From: a virus
Reading direction: 5' to 3' (one strand)
IMG/VR virus record: IMGVR_UViG_3300029288_006769
Span: 250,367 to 314,366 of that record
Length of the DNA stretch: 64,000 bases
Part shown: positions 19,691 through 29,322 of the stretch, in pieces
How the letters are laid out: each line of letters begins with the position of its first letter
Numbering within the stretch: position 1 is the first letter of the stretch
The notes under the pieces: model-generated
The model's input: the letters and a program-made list of their open reading frames with translations, nothing else
The model's database searches: none
What the model was told of the DNA's origin: nothing
Translations under genes and position numbers: made by a program

Positions 19691-22600
19691 TTACTGAGGT
19701 AAAATAGCATTAATGTCGTTAATAAATTGAATGTTAGATGCAACAATACTTTGATTGTTATCGCTTTGATTTAATTTATCTCCAACTTTGACATATGTCC
19801 CTGTTTTCTTATTCAAACGAATATTCACCTGACTTTTCCTTGCATTATATAAAGCAGGGGTTAGAGCCGCTATTATTTCATTTGCACGAACACTAATTTG
19901 AGGTTTTCTTGCTGTTATTGTACTTTGTCTTGTTGTTAAAATAGAACGTCGAACACTTGTTTTTGTGTTATCAGCTGTAACATAGGTAATAGTTACATTT
20001 CCTTTTGTCGTGTCCCAACCTCGCATAACAGTATAAATTGTTGGAGATGTGATATTGTGATTGTTAATATTTATCAAAGAAGCACTTGCTATTGTCAATA
20101 AATCAACTGAAGGATATGCTTCACTGTTTATCCCTATATCGAAACCTATTTTTGCTGCAAGTGAACTTCCTACCTGTAGTCTTGATGTTGAATCTGTTGC
20201 AGTACTTATAAGTTTTACATAATAGGTATGGGCTACTTGAGCTTCGAATCCCGTATGTGTCTGGGACATTATATTTGTGACTATCTCATTTGCTGTTACA
20301 TTGCAATTGTCAGCAACATTACCAGAACCGGGTGTCTGTCCAGGTTGAGTGCTATCTTTATCAGCTAGACCTAGATCCCCTGCTATTCCATTATTAAGAA
20401 CATGAATATAAGAAGCAGAACCCCCTGTTCCTGAAAACAAAAAATATCTACCTTCATTATAATTCATTGGGTCCCTATAATAAACACATTCAAATAAAGC
20501 AAAACAAGCATGTCCCAAACTTTGAGCTCTAACTTCCTGTTGAATCTTTGCAGCTATATCTTCTGGTGAAAGTTGTGTTCCTAAAGAAATAGTTATTGTT
20601 TGTATATTATTCAAATTGATTTGTAAATTTCCACCATAAACCCTTGTATGTGGTCGTGAATCAGAAACTACACTTGCTCGAACAGCATTGAAAGTATATG
20701 TCTGATTGGGACCACTATTAGCTGAAATTACTAAAGTATCACCATCTGCAATTCTAAACAATTGCGGTATTCTACTAAGTAAGAATGCTGGACTATACCC
20801 TCCATTTGTTATGTAAAATCCATGTGTCAAAATTTCATCAATCAATCCTTTAATCGTATTTGTTGGAGGTACTAACATGTTTATATTCAAATCTAACCTA
20901 TTTCCTCCGCCATGATCTGCCCAATAAATTCTCACCATGAATATTGCATCTGAAATCGTAAGATTTGCTGAAATAAGAGTGTGTCCCGGTTCTGTAACCT
21001 GTCCATCAAATCCAAGTTCACCATCACAAGAACCCCATTTTACATTACCTACACCCGTATAAAAAACTTCACCTGTATAGACGATAGCATAGAATCCCAT
21101 AATACTTGCAATAGTTGCAGGACTGTTCAACAACAGATCTAAATATACACCATCCGACGATATCGTAAACTTACTAGAAGCATAGGTCACTGAATACGTG
21201 TTGTTTCCAACAGCGTTCATTTGAGTTTGAATTTCTTGAGCTAATATAATTGGATTATAAAAACCAGCAGTGATATATGCTGACAATGTTGTAGTTATAT
21301 TTTCTCTAAAATCTATTCTATCATTCTGTCCTGCAACAATTTTAATTGTAGCATCTGTCACATTTACAGTAGAACCTGCATCAAATGAGCCCGATATTAT
21401 CCTTAATTGATTTGTAAAAGTTTGCCAAGCAGTTGTTTCGTTAAAAGTACAAACAGCTTCAGTATAGCCGCCACCACCAAGTGCTCTTAATCCATTTTGG
21501 ATACTAGCAGCCATTGCAGGTCCCAATGTAACAGTTGAACTTGTTATAACTCCTATGGGATCTCTTAATAAATCACTATCTATATCTACTTTCAATTTAT
21601 TATTTTGATCTGCACCAAAATTTGTTGTCAAACTAAAACCAATTATAGTTCTACAAGTACCTCCAGTAATTTCTACAGAACTTGTTGTCCCTGTTGCCGA
21701 TAAAGTCGTAATTCTTACTCTATTAGAATCATTTGAAGCAGAAATTCCAGAAATTTCAGCATTCAAAACTGCAACAACTTCATCAACTGTAACATTATTA
21801 ATATCTAACACATCAGAACCACCATAAACTGGGGCATCTCCATCAAGAGCTACTGTTCTTAAAAAATCATAGGAACCTTCATAAACATCTATTCTAGAAC
21901 TATTTCCAAGCAGTGTTGATGTAATTCTAACTCTAGACCCAGGATTAGTAATTGTAAAATCAGAACTATCAAAATTGGGATCATTAGAAATTTGGGTTAC
22001 CATTTCAGCAATTAATGTTGAAATGGTATATCTGTTTTGAGGAATAATAATTAGATCGGCACTTAACTGTCCATCAATTGCTATTCTAAAAACATTGTTG
22101 ACATTATCGACAACAGGAAATATTGTATCGTTTTCAGAATAATAAACCATATTGCCAGTGTTATCCACAATATTAAAACCGATAGTATAAGCTATCGATG
22201 AAGATGCATTTGTACCTGTTGCCCATAATAGAGAAAAAATACCTGTACCACCAGCTCCATCTGAAATTATTGTAAATCTGTTTGGAACAGAAATGTTATA
22301 ATTCACAGAATAATTTGATGCTCCTACAGCATTAAGTCTTGTTTGAATTTGAGTCGCTAAAGTAGCACCTGTATAAGCACCTGCAGGAATTATAGTTGTA
22401 AGCTCAACACTTGGGCTTTCTCTAAAATCTATCCCATCATTTACGCTTGATCTTATAATAAATTGGTTACTTACTGCAATTCTGCTTTCAGTATACCCTG
22501 GCAATGCATTAAAAGTTGCTGTCTGATTAGATCCACCATCTATTCGCATTGACAATGTATCTCCAGCAGAAAAATCAAAAGGTCCGTAATTTGAACCAAT

Positions 22601-25321
22601 AATTGTAGCTGAAGTGTCTGCTGGAACAGTTACAAGATAACCATCAGGATCTGCTAATGAATATGAATAACCTTGAGTGCGTGGTTCAGCTGTAATAGAA
22701 AAAGCTGGTAATGGTTCTGGGCCAAAAGAAACATTATTTGACATTAGACCCTCAGGACTAAAACGCCCCGGAATATGTGTTGGAACTGTTTCATATCTCA
22801 CTAAAGGTGCAGGTTTATTATAAACTCTTAAATCATTTATCACAGGTAATGAAATATGTAGAGGTTCTGTCCCGCCATTGCTAAAATCAGTTCCTGCAAC
22901 ATACGTATTGAACATAGGTGTTATATTAAGCACACTGCCGTGTTGTGCTAGACAGTCTATTAGACTATCTCTATTAGGCGTTAGATTGTCGTATGCAGTT
23001 GTTTTTTGAATAATTACAGCATCTGACTCGCTTATATGATTTGCATAGGCTCCTCTATGATATCGAATTGCATTGTACTCTTGGTTCACCTTTGCAAGTT
23101 CTAGAGCTGCTAAATATTCCCAAGATTCTAATAATGTTTCGTTATCATATAGATGATTTTCAACTTGATCTAATAAATCCGGTTCGTCTTCAACATATTC
23201 TTCTTCTTTTAATAAAGCTGATTGTTCATCAACAGTTCTATCTATTACTCTTGGTGTCCCATCAAATTGATTACAAAATGTCGGGTAAAAGTAACTTAAC
23301 ATTTGAAATGAAACTTGAACATCTGATGTGTGTGATCCATTTAATGATCTATCTGTAATTAAAAATCCAATATAATTTGCTATGCTTGTTGTTGCATGTA
23401 CTCCTGTTGCCCAAAACAAACCGAAAGTACCACTATCCCTTGTAATAATAAATCTTTTTCTTGAAGAATATTCGCATGTATATCTATCTACAGCAGCCAC
23501 AGCAACATTAAGTGCATCTTGTATAGCTTCAGCTAAGCTAGATTCGCTATCATAGACACCATGTGTAATAAAAGCTGTTATTTCAGTATCTGTGCTTTCA
23601 AAAAAGTCAATTTTGTCGTTGGTGTCATCTATTGTTATTTTCCCGTTAGGATAAAGCCTTGGCAATCCTCTTGAACCATCGTCATAAATTTTTGTTGTTG
23701 TTGCATCAAAATCCTGAAAATTGGATTGAATATTTACTCCATCTAGCCTTTGAAATTCAATTTCAGGATAAGTATAAAGAATTGAATGACTCAAAGTGTC
23801 AGGATTTACAACAGAAGAAACTGTAATATTAGGAACTGTTGCAAGTCTATCATGCAATTTTTGTAACGTTTCAAAAAACTCTTCATGGCCAATTTCTTCT
23901 TGGGGTGTCGTAAAACCAATCAAACTTCGAGCATCTCTATCAGGATCACTTGCTGGAAGAACATGAACTGAAGAACTAGTACCAAAAGTGCCACTATAGA
24001 TAATAAATGTGTCACTATCAGTGAAATAGTGAACAGCTGCATTTTTAAAACCACCAGTGCCCTTAATTCTTAATTGTGCTTCTATTGATTTGGCAACATC
24101 TTTTCCATTGTCAAGTCCTGAACAAAACAATGGTCCAAGCCTGTCATATCCTATATATCCAAGTGGTACAGATTGACTACCTGTCCAATCAAAACCAATA
24201 TCATCATTATTGTATCCACGTTCTACATCAGAAAAACAAAGCCTGAAATCTGCTATTTTTATTTCGACAGCTTCACTATCAATTTCGACATTCAACAAAT
24301 TATTTTGATATTTTCCTTGAATCATATATTGATCCGTAAAACCAAGCATAGATCTTAAATCTTGACCCGAAGCATTTCTAACTTCCACGCTAGATGTTGG
24401 ACCACCATGAGCAGCAATAATAGTAAAAGTTTGTATAGTAATATTAAATGCACAAGTAGCAGCTTCTAAAGCAGGATCAGCTTGTTGTAATAAAAGCTGT
24501 ATTGTTGATGCAAGAGCCGAGCCCTCTACTTGCACTATATTGTTGTAAGAAGCTAGCAATTCACTGTCTACAGGTAATGGCGTAATGAGATGTACTACAC
24601 CTGTCGTATAATCATCAATTGTATAGTCTGTTCCTCTTACCAATGGAATCTCTAGTTCACCAGATAGAACTTTTAAAACATCTGACAATGGCGTAATAGG
24701 AATTTGTGTCAAATTTACGTCTGTTTCTGTTCCACTTGCTAATGGTACGACAGATTCATCCGTCTGTATAATATTCGTGATGTCTGACACATCGACTTCA
24801 ACATCCAATGTACCATCAAAACGAACAGCTAAATTCCTGTGATTAATATCAATAGTAAAGATAGAAGAACTATGTTTTATTGACGTTGTCGATCCAAAAC
24901 GATCTCTTGACCAAATATCAAAATTTATTCCACAAGGTTGTGATCTAGAATAACCTCTCACAGGAAATAAAGGTACATTTACAATTTCAATGCTATTCTC
25001 TACAATTCTTAATCTTCCATTATTAATATAAAGTCTTGCTGGCAATCCAGAAGTATTTGAAATAGTAAAACCAGCTTCTTGCAATGGTTGTATTATAGAA
25101 GTTCCATTTAAACGTCGTAACTCTTCTTCAAATTCAAATATGTCAATATGAAAAGGATCAAGTTGTTTTTTAAAAGGTGTATCAATTAAAAGAAATCTTG
25201 CTATTTCAGTAGTTATAGTTACAGAAGATTCATTAATTTGTTGATTTTGAGCTTCTGTGTTTTCTCTTGTGTCTTTTAGATAATTAATATCATCCTGAGT
25301 CAAAGGCAAATTGAACGCCAT
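19691..25321 (-). CDS. Giant virion protein (1876 aa) containing about 8-10 divergent copies of a roughly 100-aa module ending in '...S(I/L)A.(Y/I)(I/M)GF'
   Basis: For example 'AQEIQTQMNAVGNNTYSVTYASSKFTISSDG...ATIASIMGFY', 'ATQIQTRLNAVGASNYSVNYNISVPNRFTIISDG...SSIAYTIGF', 'AEAIQDALNVAVAAVDRYTCEYSS..FIITRDSG...TSIANYIGF'. AAGGGAGAG SD upstream. Confidence 0.8.
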   Translation of the reverse strand: MAFNLPLTQDDINYLKDTRENTEAQNQQINESSVTITTEIARFLLIDTPFKKQLDPFHIDIFEFEEELRRLNGTSIIQPLQEAGFTISNTSGLPARLYINNGRLRIVENSIEIVNVPLFPVRGYSRSQPCGINFDIWSRDRFGSTTSIKHSSSIFTIDINHRNLAVRFDGTLDVEVDVSDITNIIQTDESVVPLASGTETDVNLTQIPITPLSDVLKVLSGELEIPLVRGTDYTIDDYTTGVVHLITPLPVDSELLASYNNIVQVEGSALASTIQLLLQQADPALEAATCAFNITIQTFTIIAAHGGPTSSVEVRNASGQDLRSMLGFTDQYMIQGKYQNNLLNVEIDSEAVEIKIADFRLCFSDVERGYNNDDIGFDWTGSQSVPLGYIGYDRLGPLFCSGLDNGKDVAKSIEAQLRIKGTGGFKNAAVHYFTDSDTFIIYSGTFGTSSSVHVLPASDPDRDARSLIGFTTPQEEIGHEEFFETLQKLHDRLATVPNITVSSVVNPDTLSHSILYTYPEIEFQRLDGVNIQSNFQDFDATTTKIYDDGSRGLPRLYPNGKITIDDTNDKIDFFESTDTEITAFITHGVYDSESSLAEAIQDALNVAVAAVDRYTCEYSSRKRFIITRDSGTFGLFWATGVHATTSIANYIGFLITDRSLNGSHTSDVQVSFQMLSYFYPTFCNQFDGTPRVIDRTVDEQSALLKEEEYVEDEPDLLDQVENHLYDNETLLESWEYLAALELAKVNQEYNAIRYHRGAYANHISESDAVIIQKTTAYDNLTPNRDSLIDCLAQHGSVLNITPMFNTYVAGTDFSNGGTEPLHISLPVINDLRVYNKPAPLVRYETVPTHIPGRFSPEGLMSNNVSFGPEPLPAFSITAEPRTQGYSYSLADPDGYLVTVPADTSATIIGSNYGPFDFSAGDTLSMRIDGGSNQTATFNALPGYTESRIAVSNQFIIRSSVNDGIDFRESPSVELTTIIPAGAYTGATLATQIQTRLNAVGASNYSVNYNISVPNRFTIISDGAGGTGIFSLLWATGTNASSSIAYTIGFNIVDNTGNMVYYSENDTIFPVVDNVNNVFRIAIDGQLSADLIIIPQNRYTISTLIAEMVTQISNDPNFDSSDFTITNPGSRVRITSTLLGNSSRIDVYEGSYDFLRTVALDGDAPVYGGSDVLDINNVTVDEVVAVLNAEISGISASNDSNRVRITTLSATGTTSSVEITGGTCRTIIGFSLTTNFGADQNNKLKVDIDSDLLRDPIGVITSSTVTLGPAMAASIQNGLRALGGGGYTEAVCTFNETTAWQTFTNQLRIISGSFDAGSTVNVTDATIKIVAGQNDRIDFRENITTTLSAYITAGFYNPIILAQEIQTQMNAVGNNTYSVTYASSKFTISSDGVYLDLLLNSPATIASIMGFYAIVYTGEVFYTGVGNVKWGSCDGELGFDGQVTEPGHTLISANLTISDAIFMVRIYWADHGGGNRLDLNINMLVPPTNTIKGLIDEILTHGFYITNGGYSPAFLLSRIPQLFRIADGDTLVISANSGPNQTYTFNAVRASVVSDSRPHTRVYGGNLQINLNNIQTITISLGTQLSPEDIAAKIQQEVRAQSLGHACFALFECVYYRDPMNYNEGRYFLFSGTGGSASYIHVLNNGIAGDLGLADKDSTQPGQTPGSGNVADNCNVTANEIVTNIMSQTHTGFEAQVAHTYYVKLISTATDSTSRLQVGSSLAAKIGFDIGINSEAYPSVDLLTIASASLININNHNITSPTIYTVMRGWDTTKGNVTITYVTADNTKTSVRRSILTTRQSTITARKPQISVRANEIIAALTPALYNARKSQVNIRLNKKTGTYVKVGDKLNQSDNNQSIVASNIQFINDINAILPQ

Positions 25322-25333
25322 TAAAACTCTCCC

Positions 25334-25924
25334 TTATGTAAGTTTTCCCATATCAATACCAGTCATTGGATTTGGAGGATACCCAGCACCAACAATAGTA
25401 GTCATTACAATTCCTGATGACAGAATTGTATTACAAATTCCATTACCAATTGCATTTGCTAATTGCGGCGCCTTTGAACCAGTAAAACCAACTGCAGTAA
25501 ACATTCCCATTATGCTAGATCCCATTGCTGGTCCTGCAATACCAACTATTTTTCCAGTACCTGTTCCAACTGCCATACCTACGCTTGATGAATTAACAAT
25601 TCCCATTGCAATAAAAGAGGCAAAAGCATTCCCAATTGCATTAGATAATTGTAATGCTTTTGAACCAGTGAAACCAACTGCAGTCATCATCCCCATAATA
25701 TTTGTTGCAGTTACCGGACCAACAATACCTTGCACAAAACCAGTACCTACACCTGCACCTGTACCAACCCCTACACTTACGCCTTGATAAAAAGCTGATG
25801 CAAGTAAATAATTAGCGACGCCATTACCAATTGCATTTGCTAATTGTGGTAATTTAGAGCCAGTAAATCCTACAGCAGAGAACTGTGTCATAAGTAATCC
25901 AGTGAATACGGGCCCTGCTAACAT
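25334..25924 (-). CDS. Glycine-zipper-rich protein (196 aa) made of three tandem ~64-aa repeats ('TAVGFTGSKAPQLANAIGNG...'); predicted membrane-active or structural
   Basis: Three near-identical repeats are also visible at DNA level (period ~190 bp at ~25440, ~25630 and ~25820). Minus orientation matches the operon, and the gene is translationally coupled to the upstream gene. The antisense plus ORF 25311..25787 is a Gly-codon mirror artefact. Confidence 0.55.
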   Translation of the reverse strand: MLAGPVFTGLLMTQFSAVGFTGSKLPQLANAIGNGVANYLLASAFYQGVSVGVGTGAGVGTGFVQGIVGPVTATNIMGMMTAVGFTGSKALQLSNAIGNAFASFIAMGIVNSSSVGMAVGTGTGKIVGIAGPAMGSSIMGMFTAVGFTGSKAPQLANAIGNGICNTILSSGIVMTTIVGAGYPPNPMTGIDMGKLT

Positions 25925-27174
25925 AATGTTTCTTCACGATAAGGAATATTATGTTTTGCTTTATAATGACTCCCAAAACCTTGATAGTGTATGTATTCAC
26001 CACATCTAATACATTTTTTATGTTTTCTTGACTTTGATTTATCTAAATTAAGAGCTTTTATGTAACTTTCAATACAAAGAACAGGTACTTTAAAAAATTC
26101 TGATAATTTATCATTTGGCTCACCATTATAAAACTTTTTTATAAAAATCTCTTTTTGATTCTCTAATTTTTGTATTATTAAACTACCTCTTCTTTTTCTA
26201 TTTCTTTCTTTTTTTCTTAAAGATGTTTTCTCTTGTTCTTCTTGCATTGTTCTAAGATTGTTAGAATCTATCAAGATTTGTTTGACTATATCTCTTGGTA
26301 TATGTAATTTTTTTGCAATAGATGAGTATGCTTGATTATCTTTGTAAAGTTTGCAAACAATATACTTGAACTTATTTTTTTGCTCTTCAATAAGTTTTAC
26401 ATTTTTCTTTCTTTTTGATTTTAACCCTAATCTCAAAAAAATCTTAGATGCTAAACCTTTAGGTAAATCATATTTATGCTTTATATCAATCTGATTAAGA
26501 CTTAGAATTTTTACGTCATCTTCAATATTTTTTCCTAACTTGTTAATATAATAATCGAGTCTATATTTTAAATATTCTTTAGACCCGACTTTAGGTATTT
26601 TATATATTCCATACAATATATTTACTAAGTGTTTGCTGACATTTAATTCGTTAGCTATTTTTTCGATGCTCTTTGATTCTCCTATATTTTCTTTAATGAA
26701 TTGTTCTTTAGAAATTTTATTTTTTAACTCACTGATATAATATTTTTTGTTTTTTAAATCGTATCTAAACTCTTCAATATTAATTTTTAATTGTCGATCA
26801 ATGTCCCAAACTGACATGTCTTCAAGAATATTTTTCGTATAGATATTAAGTTTTAAATTCGGATATGTTTCTTTTATAATTGCAAGTTTCTCTTTTGCTT
26901 CCTCTGGAAAATAACCTTTGATTTCTATAAACTCATCAAATTCTGGTAAATAAAAATCTGGATGATAATATGTTATTCTTCCACTTTTTGTAACATATTT
27001 AAAATTTTCAACACCAGTATGACATAAAAATTTTATATTTTTACTTTCTAACCATAACCCAAATTTAAACTCAAACGAACCCTGAAAATGATATCCTTTA
27101 TAAAAATACCAATGAGTATTAGAATAGTTTGCAATTTTATTTTGTGAAAAACTATGGTGCTTTGTGTTTTGCAT
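25918..27174 (-). CDS. Free-standing homing-endonuclease-like protein (418 aa): N-terminal PD-(D/E)XK-like nuclease motif, NUMOD-like HTH repeats, C-terminal zinc ribbon
   Basis: 'YHPDFYLPEFDEFIEIKG' (PD...E.K). Three HTH-like segments ('IEKIANELNVSKHLVNILYG', 'YSSIAKKLHIPRDIVKQIL', 'LSEFFKVPVLCIESYIKAL'). 'CIRCGEYIHYQGFGSHYKAKH'. Paralogous nuclease core to 62906..63886. Confidence 0.6.
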   Translation of the reverse strand: MQNTKHHSFSQNKIANYSNTHWYFYKGYHFQGSFEFKFGLWLESKNIKFLCHTGVENFKYVTKSGRITYYHPDFYLPEFDEFIEIKGYFPEEAKEKLAIIKETYPNLKLNIYTKNILEDMSVWDIDRQLKINIEEFRYDLKNKKYYISELKNKISKEQFIKENIGESKSIEKIANELNVSKHLVNILYGIYKIPKVGSKEYLKYRLDYYINKLGKNIEDDVKILSLNQIDIKHKYDLPKGLASKIFLRLGLKSKRKKNVKLIEEQKNKFKYIVCKLYKDNQAYSSIAKKLHIPRDIVKQILIDSNNLRTMQEEQEKTSLRKKERNRKRRGSLIIQKLENQKEIFIKKFYNGEPNDKLSEFFKVPVLCIESYIKALNLDKSKSRKHKKCIRCGEYIHYQGFGSHYKAKHNIPYREETLC

Positions 27175-27177
27175 AAT

Positions 27178-29319
27178 TTATATAGATGCTTTTACTGTTT
27201 TACTCCCAATCAATGGGACTCCGCAAATAAAATCAAGATGAGAAATTCCAGAACCCGGACTTCCTGTGATTACTCCGCCCTTTGTAGGCATTTGCCCGAT
27301 TTCTACTTGTGGTGCTACAAGTTTCAATTTTGTGCCACCTTTAACTGTCACTGTTGTCATACCATTTATATCAACTGTTTGAGATGTAGAGTCAACTTTG
27401 ACTTTTCCTGCTTTTGTCTTTATCGTAATATTGCCAGTTGTCACATCAACAATGTTATCCCCAGCCTTTATAGTTATTTTCTTGTTTCCTTTCGTAAGAT
27501 TTTCTAAAGAATCTCCAGCTTTAATTGTTTCTTTTTTACTGCCAGTCGTAATATTAGTTACATGATCTCCGATTTTTATTTTATCTTCAAAACCTACATC
27601 TTTTTTAGTTATTATTTCGCGTTTAATATCGCCAAGTGTTACTTTTTCTTCAATATTACCATTCAACAAAGAAGTCTTCTTGTTGCCATTCATAAAACTT
27701 TCAACTCTAGAACCAGTAGTCAAATCATATTGGTCTGTAGTTTCATTTGGTAGAGCTGGAGTAAAAACACCCGGTGATCTTTCTAAATTACCGGTAATTT
27801 TCTGAACATTATTGTAACCTATTTGCTCTTGTTTATCTTTAACTACGACTTTCTTATATGAACCGCCATACGTATTATTCTTGTCATTGACATAACTTTC
27901 TTCTCTTGTGCCAAGTGACTCAACTTTGAATTTACCATGGACAGTCAATGTATAATTGCCAGAAACTTCCATTCCATAGTTACCATCAACATATCCTATC
28001 TGATCGCCCTTTGTTTTTAATAAATAAGCGACACCATCTTTTGCAGGAGCCATAACCTCTATATGTATACCATTATTTGACATTACATAAGCGCTCTTAC
28101 CAGTTATATCCGAGCCAAGTGTTGCTCTTATACCCCCTTTTGTGTCCAGAAACAAAGATCTGTTATCAATATTTTCAGCACCAATTACAAATTTTACAGA
28201 ACCTTTGAATCCTGCTTCCCAACTTCTACCAGGGCCCAAAGGATGACGACCGGAAGAAGCTGGAAAATAAGTAAAAAGATGTCCTTCTTTATCTATATCA
28301 ATTTGAGCAGTAGACATATGTCTAAAATGTAAAGTCGAAGCTAAAGTCGAATATTCTTCAGGCATGCACTCTATATAATCTAAAGCAAATTCTGTCGCAA
28401 CTGGTGTTCCAAAAATTTGAGAGCGTAGAACTTTAGCATATTTTGAAGAATCTGTTTTGTCATTTCCTACCAAAGTACCCATGACAAAGGAAATATATGG
28501 AGAAAGGGGATCAACATCATAACCAGCATTTACTTCAGTAGCTCTCATTATACCGTCAGCCATTTCATAGAGCTCTGTTCTATGCTCTGTGAATGCTTTG
28601 CCACCAAGATGTATTGGGTTGTTTGAATTCGTTACAAATTGGATTTTTTGACCATTGGGAAGTGTTGTAGGTTGAAACGAAAAATCACTTTCTCCAGGCT
28701 CTCTTGCTATCATCCCATTCCAAGTTCGTGATGCCTGTGTATTGGTGTATATTTGATTTGAAGAAAGGCGAATTGATTTATCAGCTGATCGAATTTCTAT
28801 TTCATTAAGTTTTGAATCCGACAAATAAACATCTTCATCAAGATATAATTCTGCGCCTTGTGTAGATTCAAACTGGATCTCTCCAGGATAAATTTTACGT
28901 CTTTTTCCACGTACAACATTATACCCAATTTTTTCTCTAATCGTCTTGATTTCTTTAAGTATTTGTGGTGTTTTATCGTTTCTTAAAAGACGATATTCTA
29001 ACAATTGTTTTAAATTTCCATCTACAAAACCAAGAACTACAGGATCTTCCCAAGTATGCGATTGTCTAGCCCAGCCGCACAAAACCAAACTACCTTCTTC
29101 TGGCATAGCTCTAATCGACGATCTTGCTGAAGCAAAAGTAGTGGGTAATCTGACTAATTGATTATTTCCGGGTCCTTCTTCTAACCAGATTATATCAATA
29201 TAACCTGTTTCATAATCAACTCTAGAAACATAGCCAAGACGAACAAATTTTGTTCTATCGACAAGTTTACCTCTATAAGGGCTCTCACCCTTACCTATTG
29301 GCTTTAGAGCATCATTCAT
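27178..29319 (-). CDS. Baseplate central spike/hub protein (gp5/gpV/VgrG-like, 713 aa) with a C-terminal beta-helix repeat needle
   Basis: N-terminal OB-like region ('GKLVDRTKFVRLGYVSRVDYETGYIDIIWLEEG'). C-terminal repeats 'GDSLENLTKGNKKITIKAGDNIVDVTTGNITIKTKAGKVKVDS...VKGGTKLKLVAP'. Confidence 0.7.
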   Translation of the reverse strand: MNDALKPIGKGESPYRGKLVDRTKFVRLGYVSRVDYETGYIDIIWLEEGPGNNQLVRLPTTFASARSSIRAMPEEGSLVLCGWARQSHTWEDPVVLGFVDGNLKQLLEYRLLRNDKTPQILKEIKTIREKIGYNVVRGKRRKIYPGEIQFESTQGAELYLDEDVYLSDSKLNEIEIRSADKSIRLSSNQIYTNTQASRTWNGMIAREPGESDFSFQPTTLPNGQKIQFVTNSNNPIHLGGKAFTEHRTELYEMADGIMRATEVNAGYDVDPLSPYISFVMGTLVGNDKTDSSKYAKVLRSQIFGTPVATEFALDYIECMPEEYSTLASTLHFRHMSTAQIDIDKEGHLFTYFPASSGRHPLGPGRSWEAGFKGSVKFVIGAENIDNRSLFLDTKGGIRATLGSDITGKSAYVMSNNGIHIEVMAPAKDGVAYLLKTKGDQIGYVDGNYGMEVSGNYTLTVHGKFKVESLGTREESYVNDKNNTYGGSYKKVVVKDKQEQIGYNNVQKITGNLERSPGVFTPALPNETTDQYDLTTGSRVESFMNGNKKTSLLNGNIEEKVTLGDIKREIITKKDVGFEDKIKIGDHVTNITTGSKKETIKAGDSLENLTKGNKKITIKAGDNIVDVTTGNITIKTKAGKVKVDSTSQTVDINGMTTVTVKGGTKLKLVAPQVEIGQMPTKGGVITGSPGSGISHLDFICGVPLIGSKTVKASI

Positions 29320-29322
29320 TTA

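Noticed and set aside
25311-25787. Plus-strand ORF (158 aa, Pro/Thr/Ile-rich) overlapping the Gly-zipper gene
   Set aside because: It is the antisense mirror of the Gly-rich codons (GGN versus NCC). It has a TTG start and no SD. Every other gene in 64 kb is on the minus strand.
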